Shown piece by piece: positions 61,401 to 64,000 of a stretch of 64,000 nt of DNA. The stretch spans positions 224,001 to 288,000 of the forward strand of contig CAVTRN010000002.1 in the NCBI GenBank assembly GCA_963737155.1. The letters run 5' to 3'. Below the pieces are notes generated by a model. It was not told the origin of the DNA. It ran no database searches and saw only the letters and a program-made list of their open reading frames with translations. Position 1 is the stretch's first letter. The number at the start of each line of letters is the position of its first letter. The translations under genes were made by a program, and so were the position numbers. This DNA is from Nitrospirota bacterium (lineage in GTDB: Bacteria; Nitrospirota; UBA9217).

Positions 61401-64000
61401 GGCAGCGCCGCCACCAGCACACTGACCATCGAGTACCGGGCAAAAGTCATGAAGAACGCGCTTTCACAGACGCCCGTAAAACAAATTTTGACCAACAGCG
61501 CACAGGTCAGCTACGCGATTAACGGCACCGACATGGCTCCCAAAACATCGAGCGCCGCCGTCAACGCATGGCAGCCGGTGCTCGGCGTTTCCAAGACTGC
61601 AGCAGCTGCTGCCGGAGGCGCCGTAGTTAGCGCAGGAGAGATCATCACCTATACCGTGAGTATCGCGAACACTGGAGCGGCGCCCGCCTATGATCCCGCG
61701 CTCGCTGACACGCTTCCCGTAGGGATGCGCCAGGGCGGCGTTACGACTACCGGCGTCACACTGGTAAACACCGCAACTAATGCTATTGTGACGGCGCTTC
61801 CTGTTCCGGCATCCGCATATATCTCCTATAACGCTGCCACTGGAGTCGCCACATGGAACTTCGATACGGGAGTCGCCGATGCCTACAGCATTCCATCCGG
61901 CGACACCCTTAAGGTTACTTACCAGGTCAAGGCAGACAGCACTGTAGCTTCCGGTATCACCCTGGCCAACAGCGCCTTTATCCAGCATTATTACTCGTTC
62001 GACAGCGTTGACGTGCCGGCATACAGCGTGGTTTCCGACAGGCAGGTTTACGGGCCGACCAGCGCAGCGACCGCCATGCTCACCACCTCTTCGGTTGTGT
62101 CCGCCTACACTTTTACCGTCTCGGCGCTTTCTAAGCAGTCCCTGGTTACCACCGCAGCGCTCGGTCAGCCTTTCACCTACCGCATCACGGTACCGGCCGC
62201 GACTAGCCCTAACGCAATGTATAATATTTCGGTCACCGATAATATCGGACTTCAGGCGACCGGTGTGTCCCTTGCCTATGTGGGAGCAAACGCAAGCCTC
62301 GCGTCAGGCGCCAAGTCCTGGGCGACCCTTGCCAATACCGGGATCGCCTCAAATCTTGTCCTTTCCGACACGGTAAGCGGGGGGCTGTACGTCCCAGCCG
62401 GAGACCAACTAATCGTAAACCTTACCGTGGTCCTTACTAACGACACGACCGACAATGTAACCGGCAAGCAGTTCACGAACACGGCGGATTATACATTCAA
62501 TACAGTGAACGGTAACAACGCCACGGTGACGTCGGGCGCTCCCGGAACGAGCTCTCCCGTTACCATCGCGGGTCCAAATCTGACTATGACGAAGTCCGGC
62601 CCAGCGACCATGAGCGTCGGCACGCCGGGCACCTTCACGCTCAACGTGCAGAATGCCGGAACCGCTCCGGCGTGGAATACGACGATAATGGATGTTCTTC
62701 CAAACGTGACCACGCCGGCCAAGGGCGGTATGTGCGGCCAGGCCCCGGCAAACATCACGGCGCGCATTTACCAGCCGGACGGCGTCACGCCGGTCACCGC
62801 CGTCTTGGCAAACGGCACGGACTATGCCGTAGCTTTCACGGGCCTTTCCGGAACACCCGCCTGCACCCTGACGGTTTCCCTGAAATCTACCGCAGCCACT
62901 GCCATTGCTCCGGCTAACCGGCTGATCATCACGTACCAAGCTTCTCTGGACGCAGACACAGTAGGGGGCATTGCCCTAACCAACATCGCAGGCGCAACGG
63001 GATACCAGAGCGCGAATCCGCAAGCCACCGGCGCCTCCGGTAACGTATATACCACGACGAACGTCCTGACGAACGGCACGCCGGGTATCCTTGATTTTCA
63101 GGATGCCTTTATGGTCACTTCGGTAGCCACGGTCGGAAGCTCTGTTCTGACGCCGGTCATCCGCGTACAAAAGACAGTCCAGGACATTACCTCGGGTACC
63201 CAGACCGTATCGGCGGGGGACACCCTGAAATACACCATCACGGTGAACAACATCGGTACAGAAAACGCCGTGGGCGTGACGGTTAGCGACACAATTCCCG
63301 CGAACACCACCTATGTGCCGAACTCCACCACCCTGAACGGATCTGTGGTAGCCGACACCAGCCCCGGCGTTTCCGCTCTCTTAAACAACATGCTGATCAA
63401 TGCCCCATCAAACCCGATACCGGGCGACATGACCGCCGATCCTACTGCCTCAGCCGCCAATACGGCAACCGTCTCATTCGAGGTGAGGGTAAGCGCAAAT
63501 CTGGCTGCCGGCACCGCTATTTCCAACCAGTGCTATGTGAACGGATCCGGAGCGGGGGGCAGCCCGGTCCCGACACAGCCTTCCGGAAACCCTAACAGCT
63601 CTACGCCGAACAGTCCAACCTCGGTCATAGTTGGGAATCCGCCGGTCCTCTCCGCGCAAAAAACTGCAAAGCTCGCCGTGGACATTAACGGGAGTGGCCT
63701 CATGGAACCGGGTGACACCATCCAATACACCATCACCCTTGCCAACTCCGCCGCAGTTCCGGCTTCCGGCGTCGTTCTTACCGACGCAGTCCCGGCAGGC
63801 ACGGCCTATGTGCCTGGCAGCACCACGTTAAACGGCAGCGCCGTAGCCGACGCCGCCTCCGGCGTGTCCCCGCTGTCTTCCGGCATGCCCGTCGTTTCCT
63901 CGAATTCCACAGGAACTTCTTCTAGTGGATCCTTTGCCGCGAACGGTACCGGGACCGTCACCTTCAATGTAAAGGTGAACGCCGGCGTGACATCCGGAAC
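58431..64000 (+). CDS. Giant exported repeat protein (DUF11/isopeptide-forming pilin-like domains), partial, >1850 aa
   Basis: ATG 58431 with signal peptide; same frame still reads as protein at the window end; repeated K...G....YTI...N....D..P modules; missing from track because there is no stop. Confidence 0.9.
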   Translation, partial: MCSKRKSSKLGNFLKALLSWGIRPGFTFLLFFLLIDTAHSAEAAKIKCSVAPAPTEAVQKNNPANQTTATIGVPFTYTITAPVQGTQDQVGCLRVTKCADDIAVSNVIVTDDLTKTGASLTYVMNAAYLVNTASGARTPVNGGVPLVLGASSSWLSNHPGILSDSTKHLVFSYENNPALASIPAGDNIEIDLTVVLDNVPSNIAQTQFSNTANMWFDKTTNGTVLTNQEALPGTTPPMTIVEPNLVVTKTSSVSNVSTGSKVLYTVNVQNIGASGAWNTTVTDNIPAGMCTYDVRPTITAAIYAADGVTPVSGPLAAGTDFAVTWNGGTSSSCQLTLALLTQKAMIGPDQHFIVTYQAMLDNGISSGTFTNVAGATLWYSASSSYSGRREYSRTLTNGTPGVLDFQDACTVTVASSNYYLLKSVGDLTTGVYPATSAFPGDTLQYTLQIQNFTAATMNNIKITDDLGALNGANFFTAGSLSLAGTNLPAGTYSICPTCGTNGSGTVTISGLTIAPNTQYQIQFNVTLGGSLSNGTIVKNQASQTGTDSATQKCSGVSTNPNTNGPSPLGQTSDVTSVNIIVPAGLTKTSPVPGTATIGQQFSYTITVPAAPASATLTDVHILDSLPPNVSFVSASIVSGGTWNIISTGTATSLVLQDSGSGIDIPAGGQAVIKVTVALNNMSANVSGVSFTNSASYTYTKKKGCGATTTTTGGSGTSAPMTVVEPHLTITKSVSYFSPSGTPAGSPAAVGDVLLYTITMANSGNSTAYNADVIDTLPPGTALIAGSATANINGSPVAGFNPTPAVLADGVMDWGYQNGDSSLVIPAGGKLVVTFQAKVSSVTGTPIVNTAYTAWTSLAGSNPGMRTGAGCPNITQPNNYCSGPATATVTSQDPTALSKTVVSGTWNGGPGAATLRIGDTALYSLALTVRSGTTQNVVVTDTLPAGLFYDGMVSIAPASGGNFTYAVSSQPSLGATGLLTWNLGNISNLSVGSAATSTLTIEYRAKVMKNALSQTPVKQILTNSAQVSYAINGTDMAPKTSSAAVNAWQPVLGVSKTAAAAAGGAVVSAGEIITYTVSIANTGAAPAYDPALADTLPVGMRQGGVTTTGVTLVNTATNAIVTALPVPASAYISYNAATGVATWNFDTGVADAYSIPSGDTLKVTYQVKADSTVASGITLANSAFIQHYYSFDSVDVPAYSVVSDRQVYGPTSAATAMLTTSSVVSAYTFTVSALSKQSLVTTAALGQPFTYRITVPAATSPNAMYNISVTDNIGLQATGVSLAYVGANASLASGAKSWATLANTGIASNLVLSDTVSGGLYVPAGDQLIVNLTVVLTNDTTDNVTGKQFTNTADYTFNTVNGNNATVTSGAPGTSSPVTIAGPNLTMTKSGPATMSVGTPGTFTLNVQNAGTAPAWNTTIMDVLPNVTTPAKGGMCGQAPANITARIYQPDGVTPVTAVLANGTDYAVAFTGLSGTPACTLTVSLKSTAATAIAPANRLIITYQASLDADTVGGIALTNIAGATGYQSANPQATGASGNVYTTTNVLTNGTPGILDFQDAFMVTSVATVGSSVLTPVIRVQKTVQDITSGTQTVSAGDTLKYTITVNNIGTENAVGVTVSDTIPANTTYVPNSTTLNGSVVADTSPGVSALLNNMLINAPSNPIPGDMTADPTASAANTATVSFEVRVSANLAAGTAISNQCYVNGSGAGGSPVPTQPSGNPNSSTPNSPTSVIVGNPPVLSAQKTAKLAVDINGSGLMEPGDTIQYTITLANSAAVPASGVVLTDAVPAGTAYVPGSTTLNGSAVADAASGVSPLSSGMPVVSSNSTGTSSSGSFAANGTGTVTFNVKVNAGVTSG

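Noticed and set aside
58487-63831. Many short ORFs on both strands
   Set aside because: Off-frame or antisense to the giant CDS
1-64000. CRISPR array, rRNA, tRNA, integron integrase
   Set aside because: No regularly spaced repeats, RNA-gene signatures or IntI-like ORF seen

Overview
64 kb of bacterial accessory-type DNA, mixing intact genes, mobile elements and many short gene relics. An anaerobic Nitrospirota/Desulfobacterota-like host is my inference from gene content, not proven. Intact genes: two KimA-like APC permeases, a sugar ABC transporter, two PAS histidine kinases, a B12 radical SAM enzyme, two OsmC-family proteins (one a probable selenoprotein), Mpg, SRAP, a PLD nuclease, OmpA/DUF4398, a GHKL ATPase, a bactofilin, an AraC-type response regulator and the 5' part of a giant repeat surface protein (>1850 aa, absent from the ORF track). 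Mobile DNA: an ISNCY element, and a nested stack in which an IS110/IS1111-type element sits in the tnpB of an IS607 that sits in an internally deleted RIT element, with an IS630 alongside. Highlights: (1) two single integron-type gene cassettes 22 kb apart, each inserted at the same point of a homologous intergenic platform (shared flanks on both sides plus a conserved extended -10 promoter aimed at the cassette), with no integrase gene in the window; (2) an IS110 3' non-coding region whose putative guides match the reconstructed target (CCAAACTAT) and donor junction (ATATCAGA); (3) a UGA-split OsmC with a SECIS-like hairpin. No rRNA, tRNA or CRISPR array was seen. All calls are by eye, without database searches.
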